A stretch of DNA of 64,000 bases from positions 660 to 64,659 of the forward strand of contig CACANC010000004.1 of NCBI GenBank assembly GCA_902533755.1. The letters run 5' to 3'. Made by a program: the position numbers and the translations under genes. The notes under the pieces were generated by a model that saw only the letters and a program-made list of their open reading frames with translations, searched no databases and was not told the origin of the DNA. The stretch comes from an uncultured PS1 clade bacterium (lineage in GTDB: Bacteria; Pseudomonadota; Alphaproteobacteria; MED-G09). This document shows, piece by piece, positions 51,155 to 60,569 of this stretch. Position 1 is the first letter of the stretch, and every line of letters starts with the position of its first letter.

Positions 51155-51745
51155 ATGGTAAAAATATATCTTGTTAGACATGGAGAAGCAACTGAAGGGT
51201 GGAATTCACAAGACCCACCTTTAAGTGAGTTAGGGAAATCACAAGCACAATCTTTGGCAACATTTGTGAGCTCTACTATTGATGAAAACTCAATAAATAA
51301 TATTGATTTTATATCAAGCCCTTTAAATAGATGTAAAGAAACTGCTTCTTTAGCTCTTGAAAAAATTTGTTCTGATATAGTAATTAATGACAATTTTAGG
51401 GAGCTTCCATCTCCAACTCTTGACTTAGAAAAAAGAGTTAATTGGTTGCGAAGGGTCTTACCTTTAACCTGGTCTGAGTTATTAAAAGATAAAGAAACCA
51501 TAGACTCTGGTGTAAATTTTATTCAATGGAAAAAAAATATTATGAACAATATTTATTCTTTAAACAAAGACACAATTATATTTACACACTTTGTAGTAAT
51601 TAATTCAATTATAGGTGAAATACTTAAATCCGATAAAATTGTTAATTTTCAACCCTCTAATTGCTCTATTACTGAGATAAGAAAAATAAATGATAGATTA
51701 AAATTAGTGAAATTAGGGAAAAGCCTAGAAAGCAAGGTTAATTAA
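51155..51745 (+). CDS. Histidine phosphatase (phosphoglycerate mutase-like) family protein
   Basis: IYLVRHGEA (RHG motif) at the N-terminus and a later FTHF His motif. 196 aa. Confidence 0.8.
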   Translation: MVKIYLVRHGEATEGWNSQDPPLSELGKSQAQSLATFVSSTIDENSINNIDFISSPLNRCKETASLALEKICSDIVINDNFRELPSPTLDLEKRVNWLRRVLPLTWSELLKDKETIDSGVNFIQWKKNIMNNIYSLNKDTIIFTHFVVINSIIGEILKSDKIVNFQPSNCSITEIRKINDRLKLVKLGKSLESKVN

Positions 51746-53268
51746 TGCTTAACACTATATTTACATCACAATCTTCTTATGAATTAGATAAATTATGTAT
51801 CAGAAGGGGTATTAAGTTCTCAGATTTAATGGAAAATGCTGGTAAATCAGCTTCCTTAAAAATTGAAAAAAAAATTATTCCTTATCTAAAAGATTTTAAT
51901 AAAAAAATTTTAATTTTGTGTGGCCCTGGAAATAATGGAGGAGATGGCCTTGTTATCGCAAGATATCTTCTTAAGAGTGGGTATAAGGTAGATATTAGTT
52001 TTCCTATTTCAAGTAAAAGTAAAATTAATAAATATTCAAATGAGAAATTAAAAAATTTAAATATTTCTCCTCAAAAATTCGATGATTTAAATTTAAATAA
52101 ATACTCTATGATTATAGATAGTATTTTTGGTATAGGTCTTAGCAGGAATTTTTCAAATAACTTTATAAAGATCGTAAAAAAAATTAATAAAACAAAAGCC
52201 TGTAAGATTTCTATTGATATCGCCAGCGGTATCAACTCTGACTCTGGTAATTTAATGCCAATTTCCATAAAAGCTAATCATACAATAACTTTTGTTGCGC
52301 CTAAGATTGGCCATTATTTATTACCTGGAAAAATAAATTCAGGTAATGTTCATGTTGTTTCAATTGGTGAAAAAAAATCAGAAATTTCTAAGGTTACAAA
52401 ATTATCTAAAGTAAAATTAAACATTCCCGAATCATGGATAAAAAACTTTAAATGGCCATCAATGTCTGATCACAAATATAAAAGGGGCCATATTCTTGTA
52501 AAATCTGGACCACTAACATCTACAGGTGCATCACGTTTAGCTGCGGTTTCAGCTTTACGATCAGGTGCCGGAGCAGTCACTCTTGCATCTGAGACTAATG
52601 CTTTAGTAGTTAATGCCTCTCACCTTACTTCAGTAATGCTAAAAGAAATAAACAGCACAGAAGAATTTTTTAACTTTGTAAAAGAAAAGAAAATTAAAAC
52701 ATTGATTATTGGGCCAGGAAGCGGTGTAAATCAAATGATCAAAGGATTAGTTGTAAGAGCAATTAAGGAAGAGATAGGATTTGTTTTGGATGCTGATGGT
52801 CTAACATCTTTTCAAAAGAATCCTAATGAATTATTTAGCTTGCTGAAAAAAAGAAGAAAAAGAAATAATATAATTCTAACTCCTCATGAAGGAGAATTTA
52901 ATAGATTATTTAATTTTCCCAATACGGATAAAATTGATAAAGCAAATAAAGCGGCAAAAATTACTAATTCGACTATTTTATTTAAGGGTAATGATACCAT
53001 TATTTCATCGCCAAAAAAAATGACGCTTATTGCTACAGAATCTTCTCCATTCCTATCAACCGCAGGTTCTGGCGATGTATTAGCTGGTATATGTGGAAGC
53101 TTTCTTGCACAGGGAATGAAAAGTCATTTTGCAGCAGGCGCTGCCTCTTGGCTTCATAATCAAATTGGCATTGAGGAAGGACCTGGCTTGATAGCTGAGG
53201 ATATGAGCAAATTTTTATCAAAAGCAATATCAAAGAAATTGAAGAAAGTATATCAAAGTGGAAATTAG
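51745..53268 (+). CDS. nnr: Bifunctional NAD(P)H-hydrate repair enzyme (epimerase + ADP-dependent dehydratase)
   Basis: 507 aa. YjeF_N part (CGPGNNGGDGLV) and carbohydrate-kinase-like C-terminal part (KYKRGH, TPHEGEF, GSGDVLAG). Confidence 0.88.
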   Translation: MLNTIFTSQSSYELDKLCIRRGIKFSDLMENAGKSASLKIEKKIIPYLKDFNKKILILCGPGNNGGDGLVIARYLLKSGYKVDISFPISSKSKINKYSNEKLKNLNISPQKFDDLNLNKYSMIIDSIFGIGLSRNFSNNFIKIVKKINKTKACKISIDIASGINSDSGNLMPISIKANHTITFVAPKIGHYLLPGKINSGNVHVVSIGEKKSEISKVTKLSKVKLNIPESWIKNFKWPSMSDHKYKRGHILVKSGPLTSTGASRLAAVSALRSGAGAVTLASETNALVVNASHLTSVMLKEINSTEEFFNFVKEKKIKTLIIGPGSGVNQMIKGLVVRAIKEEIGFVLDADGLTSFQKNPNELFSLLKKRRKRNNIILTPHEGEFNRLFNFPNTDKIDKANKAAKITNSTILFKGNDTIISSPKKMTLIATESSPFLSTAGSGDVLAGICGSFLAQGMKSHFAAGAASWLHNQIGIEEGPGLIAEDMSKFLSKAISKKLKKVYQSGN

Positions 53269-53749
53269 TTTAGCAAAAAATAAAGATCTAAATGGGATTA
53301 ATGATATTTATAATTATTATATCTCAAATACAGCTTATACCTTTGATATAAATCAAAGAACAATAGAAGAAAAAAAAGAATGGTTTCATCAGTTTAAAAA
53401 TTCTAAAACATCAATTTGCTTGGTTGGATATGAAAATGATGAATTGGTTGGATTTGTTTGTTCAACTAAATTTCGAGAAAAAGAAGCTTATAATCAATCG
53501 TTAGAAACTAGTGTATATATAAGTGAAAAATTTAAGGGTAGAGGATTTGGAAAAAAATTAATGTTTGAACTTATAACAAGATTAAAGTCTACAAATATTA
53601 AAAATCTATATGCTTTAATAACTTATCCTAACAAAGCATCAATAAATTTACATAAAACCCTTAATTTCAAAAAAGTAGGTAAATTAAATAAAGTTGGTTA
53701 TAAGTTTAAAAAATATTGGAGTGTCCATATTTATGAATTAATGCTCTAA
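53258..53749 (+). CDS. GNAT-family N-acetyltransferase (phosphinothricin/MSO acetyltransferase-like)
   Basis: 163 aa, GTG start overlapping the nnr end. Acetyl-CoA motif KFKGRGFGKKLM. Overall PAT-like layout. Confidence 0.75.
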   Translation: MEISLAKNKDLNGINDIYNYYISNTAYTFDINQRTIEEKKEWFHQFKNSKTSICLVGYENDELVGFVCSTKFREKEAYNQSLETSVYISEKFKGRGFGKKLMFELITRLKSTNIKNLYALITYPNKASINLHKTLNFKKVGKLNKVGYKFKKYWSVHIYELML

Positions 53750-53805
53750 ATATTTTATTTTAAGCTAGATAAAAATTCTATCTGCTGTTATTACACTGTA
53801 CAAAT

Positions 53806-53888
53806 GCGGGCGTGGTGGAATTGGTAGACACGCAGGTTTTAGGTACCTGTGCTTCGGCGTGGGGGTTCGACTCCCTCCGCCCGCACCA
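53806..53888 (+). tRNA. tRNA-Leu (anticodon UAG)
   Basis: Hand-folded cloverleaf. Acceptor GCGGGCG/CGCCCGC, anticodon stem CAGGT/ACCTG with loop TT-TAG-GT, long variable arm, T-loop GTTCGACTC, encoded CCA. Confidence 0.92.
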
Positions 53889-53904
53889 TTGAAAAGAGAA
53901 AGTA

Positions 53905-55308
53905 ATGAAAATTTTAGAAGAAAAAAAATTAAAAGGCTTGAAAAAGGAATTTCTTGTTGAAATAGCGTTTTCAGATTTAGACGATTTAAAACAAAAGAAA
54001 TTAAAAGATATAAGTGAAAAAGTAAAAATTGCAGGTTTTAGACCCGGAAAAGTTCCAATGAGTCATGTCGAAAAATTATATGGTAAAGAGACAATTGTTG
54101 AGGTAATTGAAGAAAAAGTTTCTGAAAGCTCTAGAAAGGTTCTTGATGAAAAAGACTTAAGGCCGGCCGTTAATCCAGAAATAAAATTAATTAGTGAAAT
54201 GGAAAAATCTATAAATGATCAAAGCGATATTACTTTCTCTATGAGTTTTGAAGCATTACCTGAGATAGAGTTTGTTGATTTTAAAAAGATAAAGTTAGAT
54301 AAACCTGTGGCCAGTCCAAAGAAAGAAGACATTGATGAAGCTCTTGAGTATTTAGCTACACAAAATAAAGATTACAAATTGGCGAAAAAAGGATCAAAGT
54401 CAAAAGATGGAGATAAAGTAATATTAGATTATTCAGGGGCAGTTGATGGTGTAAACTTTGATGGCGGTACCGCAGAAAAAGCAGAATTAATACTTGGCTC
54501 TAAAACATTTATTGATACTTTTGAAGATCAATTAGTGGGTGAAAAAGCTGAAACCTCTAAAGTTGTTAAAGTGAAATTTCCTGATGAATATCCAAATAAA
54601 GATCTTGAAGGAAAGAATGCTGAATTTGATGTAAAAATAATTGAAATTCTTAATCCAATAGACTCTAAGATTAATGATGAATTAGCTAAAAAATTTGGTC
54701 AAGACTCGCTAAAAGATCTTAAAGGTGTTCTAGAAGAACAGATAAAAAAAGATTTTGATCAAGCTGCAAAAATGAAATTAAAAGACAGTCTTTTTAGTGA
54801 ATTGGAAAAAAATCACAAATTTGATTTACCACAAGTTCTCGTCGACCAAGAGTTTAATCAAATGTGGACCCAACTTGAAAGTCAGCTGGAACAACAAAAG
54901 AAAACTTTGGACGATCTAGAAGTAAAAGAGAAAGAACTAAAAAGGAATTATAAAGAAGTATCAGAAAAAAGAATTTCTATTGGCCTATTAATTGCTGAGA
55001 TTGGTAGAATAAATAATATTGATCTAGACGATAATGATTATAATATTGCTTTACAAAAAGAAGTACAGAAATACCCTGGCCAAGAACAACAAATCATAGA
55101 TTTTTATAAGAAAAATCCTGATGCAATTAGGAATCTTACTGCTCCCATATATGAAGATAAAGTTGTTGATTTTGTGTTAGAAAAGGTAACTTTAAAAGAT
55201 AAAAAAGTTTCAAGAAAAGATTTATTTGGCGCTGAAGTTACTCAAGAAAAACCAAAAGAAACTAAACCTAAGACAAAAAAAGGAAAAACAGCTAAGAAAA
55301 AAACATAA
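53905..55308 (+). CDS. tig: Trigger factor
   Basis: 467 aa. N-terminal ribosome-binding motif GFRPGKVP, FKBP-like middle domain, and a lysine-rich C-terminal tail. Confidence 0.94.
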   Translation: MKILEEKKLKGLKKEFLVEIAFSDLDDLKQKKLKDISEKVKIAGFRPGKVPMSHVEKLYGKETIVEVIEEKVSESSRKVLDEKDLRPAVNPEIKLISEMEKSINDQSDITFSMSFEALPEIEFVDFKKIKLDKPVASPKKEDIDEALEYLATQNKDYKLAKKGSKSKDGDKVILDYSGAVDGVNFDGGTAEKAELILGSKTFIDTFEDQLVGEKAETSKVVKVKFPDEYPNKDLEGKNAEFDVKIIEILNPIDSKINDELAKKFGQDSLKDLKGVLEEQIKKDFDQAAKMKLKDSLFSELEKNHKFDLPQVLVDQEFNQMWTQLESQLEQQKKTLDDLEVKEKELKRNYKEVSEKRISIGLLIAEIGRINNIDLDDNDYNIALQKEVQKYPGQEQQIIDFYKKNPDAIRNLTAPIYEDKVVDFVLEKVTLKDKKVSRKDLFGAEVTQEKPKETKPKTKKGKTAKKKT

Positions 55309-55378
55309 TTTATTAATGATCTAAATCATTGTATTTATTAACTAAATATACAATTAATTAATAAAATAGTTATAATTT

Positions 55379-55409
55379 CTTGGCATAATTGAAGAATTAA
55401 CCCATATAT
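55379..55409 (+). promoter_or_regulatory. Sigma-32 (RpoH)-like heat-shock promoter upstream of clpP
   Basis: CTTGGC-N15-ACCCATAT, against the E. coli consensus CTTGAA-N13-15-CCCCATNT. Same geometry as the element upstream of lon (57343..57373). Confidence 0.45.
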
Positions 55410-55415
55410 ATCTCT

Positions 55416-56036
55416 ATGGAAAATAAATTTACACCGCAAAGTAATCTAATACCTATGGTTGTTGAGCAATCAAATAGAGGTGAAAGGGCTTATGATATTT
55501 ATTCTCGACTTCTTAAAGAGAGAATAGTTTTTGTCACAGGACCAATTGAAGATTATATGGCAAGTGTAATTACCGCACAACTCTTGTATTTAGAAGCTGA
55601 AAATCCAAAAAAAGAAATCTCAATGTATATTAATTCACCTGGTGGAGTTGTTTCATCTGGTTTGGCTATCTATGATACTATGCAATATATTAAACCAGAA
55701 GTTTCAACCCTTTGTATTGGTCAAGCAGCCTCTATGGGCAGCTTACTTTTGGCTGCAGGCGAAAAAAATAAAAGATTTGCTCTACCAAATTCAAGAATTA
55801 TGGTTCATCAACCATCAGGAGGTTTTCAAGGTCAAGCATCAGATATTGAAAGACACGCAAAAGAGATAATTTCACTTAGAAGTAGATTAAATGAGATTTA
55901 TGTTAATCATACTGGAAAAGATTTAAAAACCATTGAGTCAGCATTAGATAGAGATACTTTTATGACTTCAGATGATGCTAAAAAATTTGGCTTAATTGAT
56001 AAAGTTGTTCAAAAAAGGGATACTGAAGAGAAATAA
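55416..56036 (+). CDS. clpP: ATP-dependent Clp protease proteolytic subunit
   Basis: [29 protein letters not shown], catalytic GQAASMGS (Ser), MVHQPSGG (His). Confidence 0.96.
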   Translation: MENKFTPQSNLIPMVVEQSNRGERAYDIYSRLLKERIVFVTGPIEDYMASVITAQLLYLEAENPKKEISMYINSPGGVVSSGLAIYDTMQYIKPEVSTLCIGQAASMGSLLLAAGEKNKRFALPNSRIMVHQPSGGFQGQASDIERHAKEIISLRSRLNEIYVNHTGKDLKTIESALDRDTFMTSDDAKKFGLIDKVVQKRDTEEK

Positions 56037-56053
56037 TTCTTTAGAAAATCATT

Positions 56054-57325
56054 ATGAGTAAAATTAGCGACAGCGGAGATTCTAAAAATACACTTTACTG
56101 CAGTTTTTGCGGAAAAAGCCAGCATGAGGTAAAAAAACTAATTGCTGGGCCAACCGTTTTCATATGTGATGAGTGTGTTGAGCTATGTATGGATATTATT
56201 AAAGAAGAAAATAAAATCAATGATAATAAATCATCTGAAGGCGTACCTGCTCCCCAAGAGATATTTGATGTTCTTCAGGATTATGTTATTGGCCAACAAA
56301 CTGCTAAAAGAGTTTTATCTGTTGCCGTCCATAATCACTATAAAAGACTAGATGATAAGAATGCTAAAGATGATGTAGAATTAGCGAAATCAAACATATT
56401 ACTACTTGGACCAACAGGTTGTGGTAAAACTTTATTGGCTCAAACATTAGCAAGAATACTTGATGTTCCATTTACAATGGCTGATGCAACTACATTAACT
56501 GAGGCGGGATATGTTGGCGAAGATGTAGAGAATATAATTTTAAAGCTCTTACAAGCTGCCGATTATAATGTTGAGAGAGCTCAAAGAGGAATTGTCTACA
56601 TTGATGAAGTTGATAAGATTACAAGAAAATCTGATAATCCTTCAATAACCAGAGATGTTTCTGGTGAAGGAGTTCAACAAGCTCTTCTAAAAATTATGGA
56701 AGGTACAGTAGCATCAGTTCCTCCTCAAGGTGGAAGAAAACATCCACAACAAGAATTTTTGCAAGTCGATACAACAAATATTTTATTTATATGTGGCGGC
56801 GCTTTTGATGGATTAGAAAAAATAATTGGAAACAGAGGAACAGAGAGATCATTAGGTTTTGGTGCTGAAGTTAAAGACAAAGATACTAGAAGAACTGGAG
56901 AAATTCTTAAAGACCTTCAGCCTGAAGATTTGCTTAAATTTGGTTTAATTCCAGAATTTGTTGGAAGATTACCTGTTTGGGCATCTTTAGAAGATTTAGA
57001 TGAAGAATCTTTAGTAAGAATTCTAACAGAACCCAAAAATGCCTTAATCAAACAATATAAAAAGCTTTTTGATATGGAGAATGTTGAATTAAAATTTTCT
57101 GATGATGCTCTTAGTTCTATTGCGAAAAAAACTATGTCTTATGCAACTGGAGCCCGTGGTTTAAGATCTGTAATAGAATCTATCTTATTAGATACAATGT
57201 TTGAGATACCAAGTACAAAAGGTGTAACTGAAGTAGCTATTTCCGGAGAAGTTGTAGATGGTGAAGCTAAGCCTCTATATATCTATGGTGAAAACAAAGA
57301 AGAAAAAGAGAAATCTGTTAGCTAA
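56054..57325 (+). CDS. clpX: ATP-dependent Clp protease ATP-binding subunit ClpX
   Basis: Zinc-finger CSFCGK...CDEC, Walker [18 protein letters not shown]. Confidence 0.97.
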   Translation: MSKISDSGDSKNTLYCSFCGKSQHEVKKLIAGPTVFICDECVELCMDIIKEENKINDNKSSEGVPAPQEIFDVLQDYVIGQQTAKRVLSVAVHNHYKRLDDKNAKDDVELAKSNILLLGPTGCGKTLLAQTLARILDVPFTMADATTLTEAGYVGEDVENIILKLLQAADYNVERAQRGIVYIDEVDKITRKSDNPSITRDVSGEGVQQALLKIMEGTVASVPPQGGRKHPQQEFLQVDTTNILFICGGAFDGLEKIIGNRGTERSLGFGAEVKDKDTRRTGEILKDLQPEDLLKFGLIPEFVGRLPVWASLEDLDEESLVRILTEPKNALIKQYKKLFDMENVELKFSDDALSSIAKKTMSYATGARGLRSVIESILLDTMFEIPSTKGVTEVAISGEVVDGEAKPLYIYGENKEEKEKSVS

Positions 57326-57342
57326 TTTTTTTTGAATAAGGT

Positions 57343-57373
57343 CTTGATAAGACAAGAATTATTACCAATATAT
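57343..57373 (+). promoter_or_regulatory. Sigma-32 (RpoH)-like heat-shock promoter upstream of lon
   Basis: CTTGAT-N15-ACCAATAT, ~65 nt upstream of the lon ATG. Identical spacing to the clpP element. Confidence 0.45.
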
Positions 57374-57438
57374 ATGATAGTTAAAACTTCTGTTCTTTTT
57401 TATAAAGAATCGTCTGACAATAAACTATAGGATATAAA

Positions 57439-59844
57439 ATGGCTAATGATACAAAATCAAATAATTTACCGGTTCTTCCATTAAGAAACATTGTAGTGTT
57501 TCCTAATATGGTTGTACCTCTTTTTGTCGGACGAGATAAATCTATTAATGCTCTTGAACAGGTTATGGATAAAGATCAGGAGCTTTTATTTCTCTCACAA
57601 AAAAATTCAGAAGTCGATGATCCTTCTGAAACTGACCTTTATGAAATAGGAACAAGAGGAAAGATTCTTCAACTTTTAAAATTACCAGATGGTACTGTTA
57701 AGGTTCTTGTGGAAGGTAAAGCAAGATGCAAAGTTAAAAATATTAAAATTTCTTCAGACTTTGTTAATGCTGAAATTGAAGAACTCCCAAAAAATGAGAT
57801 AATCTCAGATACAATTAAAGCTCTAGGAAGATCAGTTGTTTCTAAATATGAAACCTACGCTAATATTAATAATAAAACATCTTCTGAAGTTTTGACTTCT
57901 GTTAAAGATATTGAAAATGAAGACAAGTTAGCTGATACAGTCGCAAGTCAGATTGCTATTAATATTCAAGAGAAACAAAAGATACTTGAAGAAACTGATC
58001 TTGAAAAAAGATTAAACATGATTTTATCATATATTGAAGGTGAGTTATCAGTTCTTCAGGTTGAAAAAAAGATACGAAGAAGAGTTAAGAACCAAATGGA
58101 AAAGACTCAAAAAGAGTATTATTTGAATGAACAAATGAAAGCTATCCAAAAAGAATTAGAAGATGGTGAGGGCGGGGCCTCAGAGGATATTGCTGAGTTA
58201 AATGAAAAAATTAATAAAACTAAACTATCTAAAGAGGCAAAAGAAAAAGCCTTAAATGAATTGAAAAAACTCAAGCAAATGAGTCCTATGTCAGCTGAAG
58301 CTACTGTTGTAAGAAATTATCTTGATTGGTTGCTTGATATACCTTGGGGTAAAAAGAAAAGAATTAAAAAAGACATAAATAAATCTCAGGAGATTTTAGA
58401 TAAAGATCATTATGGTCTTGAAAAAGTTAAGGATAGAATTACTGAGTATTTAGCGGTTCAAAATAGATCTTCAAAAGTCAAAGGTCCAATTTTATGCCTT
58501 GTAGGACCTCCAGGTGTTGGTAAAACTTCTCTTGGAAAATCAATAGCAAGCGCAACGGGTAGAGAATTTATAAGAATGTCTCTTGGTGGTGTTAGAGATG
58601 AGGCAGAAATTAGGGGTCACAGAAGAACTTATATAGGCTCAATGCCCGGAAGAATAATTCAAGCGCTAAAAAAAGTTAAAACATCAAACCCCATTTTCCT
58701 TTTAGATGAAATTGATAAATTAGGGCAAGATTTCAGAGGTGATCCAGCATCTGCTCTTTTAGAGGTTTTAGATCCAGAGCAAAATAATACCTTTAATGAC
58801 CATTATTTGGAAGTTGATTATGATCTATCTCAAGTCATGTTCGTTACCACAGCTAATACGATGAACATTCCTGGTCCACTATTAGATAGAATGGAGATAA
58901 TAAGAATAGCTGGCTATACAGAGGAAGAAAAACTAGAAATCGCTAAAAGACACCTTATAGAAAAAGTTAAAGAGAATAATGCTCTTACCGATAAGGAATT
59001 TAAAATTTCTGATGATGTTATAAGGTCCGTAATACAAAATTACACTAGAGAAGCAGGCGTAAGAAATCTTGAAAGAGAGTTAAATTCTCTTGGAAGAAAA
59101 GCAGTTAAAGAAATTTCTCAAAACAAAAGTGATTCGCTAAATGTAAGTTCTGATAATATTTCTGATTATTTAGGTGTAAAAAAGTTTAGATACGGAAAGA
59201 AAGAAAATGATGATTTAATAGGTGTTGTTACTGGACTTGCTTGGACTCAAGTTGGAGGCGATATCTTGAATGTTGAAGCCGTTATGGTTCCTGGCCAAGG
59301 TAAAATTAGGACTACTGGAAAACTTGGCGATGTTATGAAAGAGTCGATAGATGCAGCATCATCATTTGTAAGATCTAGAGCTGTAAACTATGGTATCGAA
59401 CCACCAATTTTTCAAAGAAAAGATATTCATGTTCATGTTCCAGAAGGAGCCACACCAAAAGATGGTCCATCTGCTGGTGTCGCAATGATAATAGCAATTA
59501 TCTCAGTAATGGCAGGAATCCCTGTAAAAAACGATGTTGCGATGACTGGAGAAATGTCACTAAGAGGTCGTGTACTACCTATTGGAGGCTTAAAAGAAAA
59601 ATTATTAGCAGCTCTAAGATCAGGAATTAAAACTGTATTAGTTCCATCGGATAATGATCGTGAGTTATCAGAAGTTCCTGATAACATCAAAGATAAGCTT
59701 GATATTAAATTAGTTTCAACGATAGATGAAGCACTCGAACTAGCATTAGTTAGAAAGCCAGATGCAATTGATTGGGATGAAGATGCATGGCTTGCGGAGC
59801 AAAGAAAAATATCTGAGAATAACCCAAATTTTACAGCTCATTAA
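57439..59844 (+). CDS. lon: ATP-dependent Lon protease
   Basis: 801 aa. LON N-domain (LPVLPLRNIVVFPNMVVPLFVGR), Walker A GPPGVGKTS, proteolytic PKDGPSAGV (Ser). Confidence 0.97.
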   Translation: MANDTKSNNLPVLPLRNIVVFPNMVVPLFVGRDKSINALEQVMDKDQELLFLSQKNSEVDDPSETDLYEIGTRGKILQLLKLPDGTVKVLVEGKARCKVKNIKISSDFVNAEIEELPKNEIISDTIKALGRSVVSKYETYANINNKTSSEVLTSVKDIENEDKLADTVASQIAINIQEKQKILEETDLEKRLNMILSYIEGELSVLQVEKKIRRRVKNQMEKTQKEYYLNEQMKAIQKELEDGEGGASEDIAELNEKINKTKLSKEAKEKALNELKKLKQMSPMSAEATVVRNYLDWLLDIPWGKKKRIKKDINKSQEILDKDHYGLEKVKDRITEYLAVQNRSSKVKGPILCLVGPPGVGKTSLGKSIASATGREFIRMSLGGVRDEAEIRGHRRTYIGSMPGRIIQALKKVKTSNPIFLLDEIDKLGQDFRGDPASALLEVLDPEQNNTFNDHYLEVDYDLSQVMFVTTANTMNIPGPLLDRMEIIRIAGYTEEEKLEIAKRHLIEKVKENNALTDKEFKISDDVIRSVIQNYTREAGVRNLERELNSLGRKAVKEISQNKSDSLNVSSDNISDYLGVKKFRYGKKENDDLIGVVTGLAWTQVGGDILNVEAVMVPGQGKIRTTGKLGDVMKESIDAASSFVRSRAVNYGIEPPIFQRKDIHVHVPEGATPKDGPSAGVAMIIAIISVMAGIPVKNDVAMTGEMSLRGRVLPIGGLKEKLLAALRSGIKTVLVPSDNDRELSEVPDNIKDKLDIKLVSTIDEALELALVRKPDAIDWDEDAWLAEQRKISENNPNFTAH

Positions 59845-59864
59845 AAAAAAATATCCAATTTTTT

Positions 59865-59894
59865 TTGACCTCTATATGTGATTAAGCCTAAATT
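59865..59894 (+). promoter_or_regulatory. Possible sigma-70 promoter of hupB
   Basis: TTGACC (59865..59870), an 18-nt spacer, then TAAATT (59889..59894). GAGAGG SD before ATG 59928. An AT-rich background makes -10-like hexamers common. Confidence 0.3.
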
Positions 59895-59927
59895 TAGTGA
59901 TATTCAACAAACTAGAGAGGTTTAAAA

Positions 59928-60203
59928 ATGAATAAAAATGATCTAATTGATGCAATGGCAAGTTCATCTGGTTTAAGTAAAGCTGATGCTGGTAGAGCTT
60001 TAGAAGCTTTTACTGGCGCAGTTACTTCAGCCTTATCAGGTGGCGGTAATGTAAAAATTACTGGCTTTGGAACTTTTTCAGTAAGCCATAGAGCTGCTAC
60101 TACTGGAAGAAATCCAAGAACGGGTGAAGCTATCCAAATCGCAGCATCGAAAAATGCAAAATTTAAATCTGGTAAAGGTTTAAAAGACGCCGTTAATAGA
60201 TAA
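59928..60203 (+). CDS. hupB: HU-family DNA-binding protein
   Basis: 91 aa. MNKNDLIDAMA... GFGTFSV... RNPRTGEAI arm motif. Confidence 0.95.
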   Translation: MNKNDLIDAMASSSGLSKADAGRALEAFTGAVTSALSGGGNVKITGFGTFSVSHRAATTGRNPRTGEAIQIAASKNAKFKSGKGLKDAVNR

Positions 60204-60256
60204 AAAAACCAAAGACAAAATCTTATTTATTTTATATAGATACTTAGATTGTCTTT

Positions 60257-60332
60257 GGGCGGTTAGCTCAGTTGGTAGAGCATCTGGTTTACATCCAGAG
60301 GGTCGGGAGTTCGAGCCTCTCACCGCCCACCA
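60257..60332 (+). tRNA. tRNA-Val (anticodon UAC)
   Basis: Hand-folded. Acceptor GGGCGGT/ACCGCCC, D-arm GCTCAGTTGGTAGAGC, anticodon stem TCTGG/CCAGA with loop TT-TAC-AT, T-loop GTTCGAGCC, encoded CCA. Confidence 0.93.
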
Positions 60333-60340
60333 TTGAATAA

Positions 60341-60370
60341 AAAAAGGTCTAATTTTTATTAGACCTTTTT
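60341..60370 (+). terminator. Rho-independent terminator after tRNA-Val
   Basis: GGTCTAAT (60346..60353), a TTTT loop, then ATTAGACC (60358..60365), followed by TTTTT. An A-run upstream makes it potentially bidirectional. Confidence 0.7.
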
Positions 60371-60423
60371 CATAGAAACGCTTGATTTAAATTCGCTTGA
60401 GCATTAAAAAGTTATCTTAATGC

Positions 60424-60500
60424 GGGGGTGTAGCTCAGTTGGTTAGAGCGCTGGCCTGTCACGCCAGAGGCCGCGAGTTCGAGTCTCGTCACTCCCGCCA
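60424..60500 (+). tRNA. tRNA-Asp (anticodon GUC)
   Basis: Hand-folded. Acceptor GGGGGTG/CACTCCC (one G-U pair), D-arm GCTCAGTTGGTTAGAGC, anticodon stem CTGGC/GCCAG with loop CT-GTC-AC, T-loop GTTCGAGTC, discriminator G, encoded CCA. Confidence 0.93.
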
Positions 60501-60569
60501 TCTTAAATCTATTTGTTGATTGATTTCTAATCTTTATATAAATTTATGATAAATTTATTGAGGATTAAA

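Noticed and set aside
50743-51501. Three overlapping minus-strand ORFs (82, 97 and 122 aa)
   Set aside because: They are antisense to the thiolase-like and histidine-phosphatase genes, which have clear family motifs. They are spurious open frames.
55642-55869. Same-strand alternative-frame ORFs inside clpP (75 aa) and inside clpX (56142..56351, 69 aa)
   Set aside because: They are embedded in highly conserved genes, with no independent start signals or recognisable domains. There is no evidence for overlapping genes.
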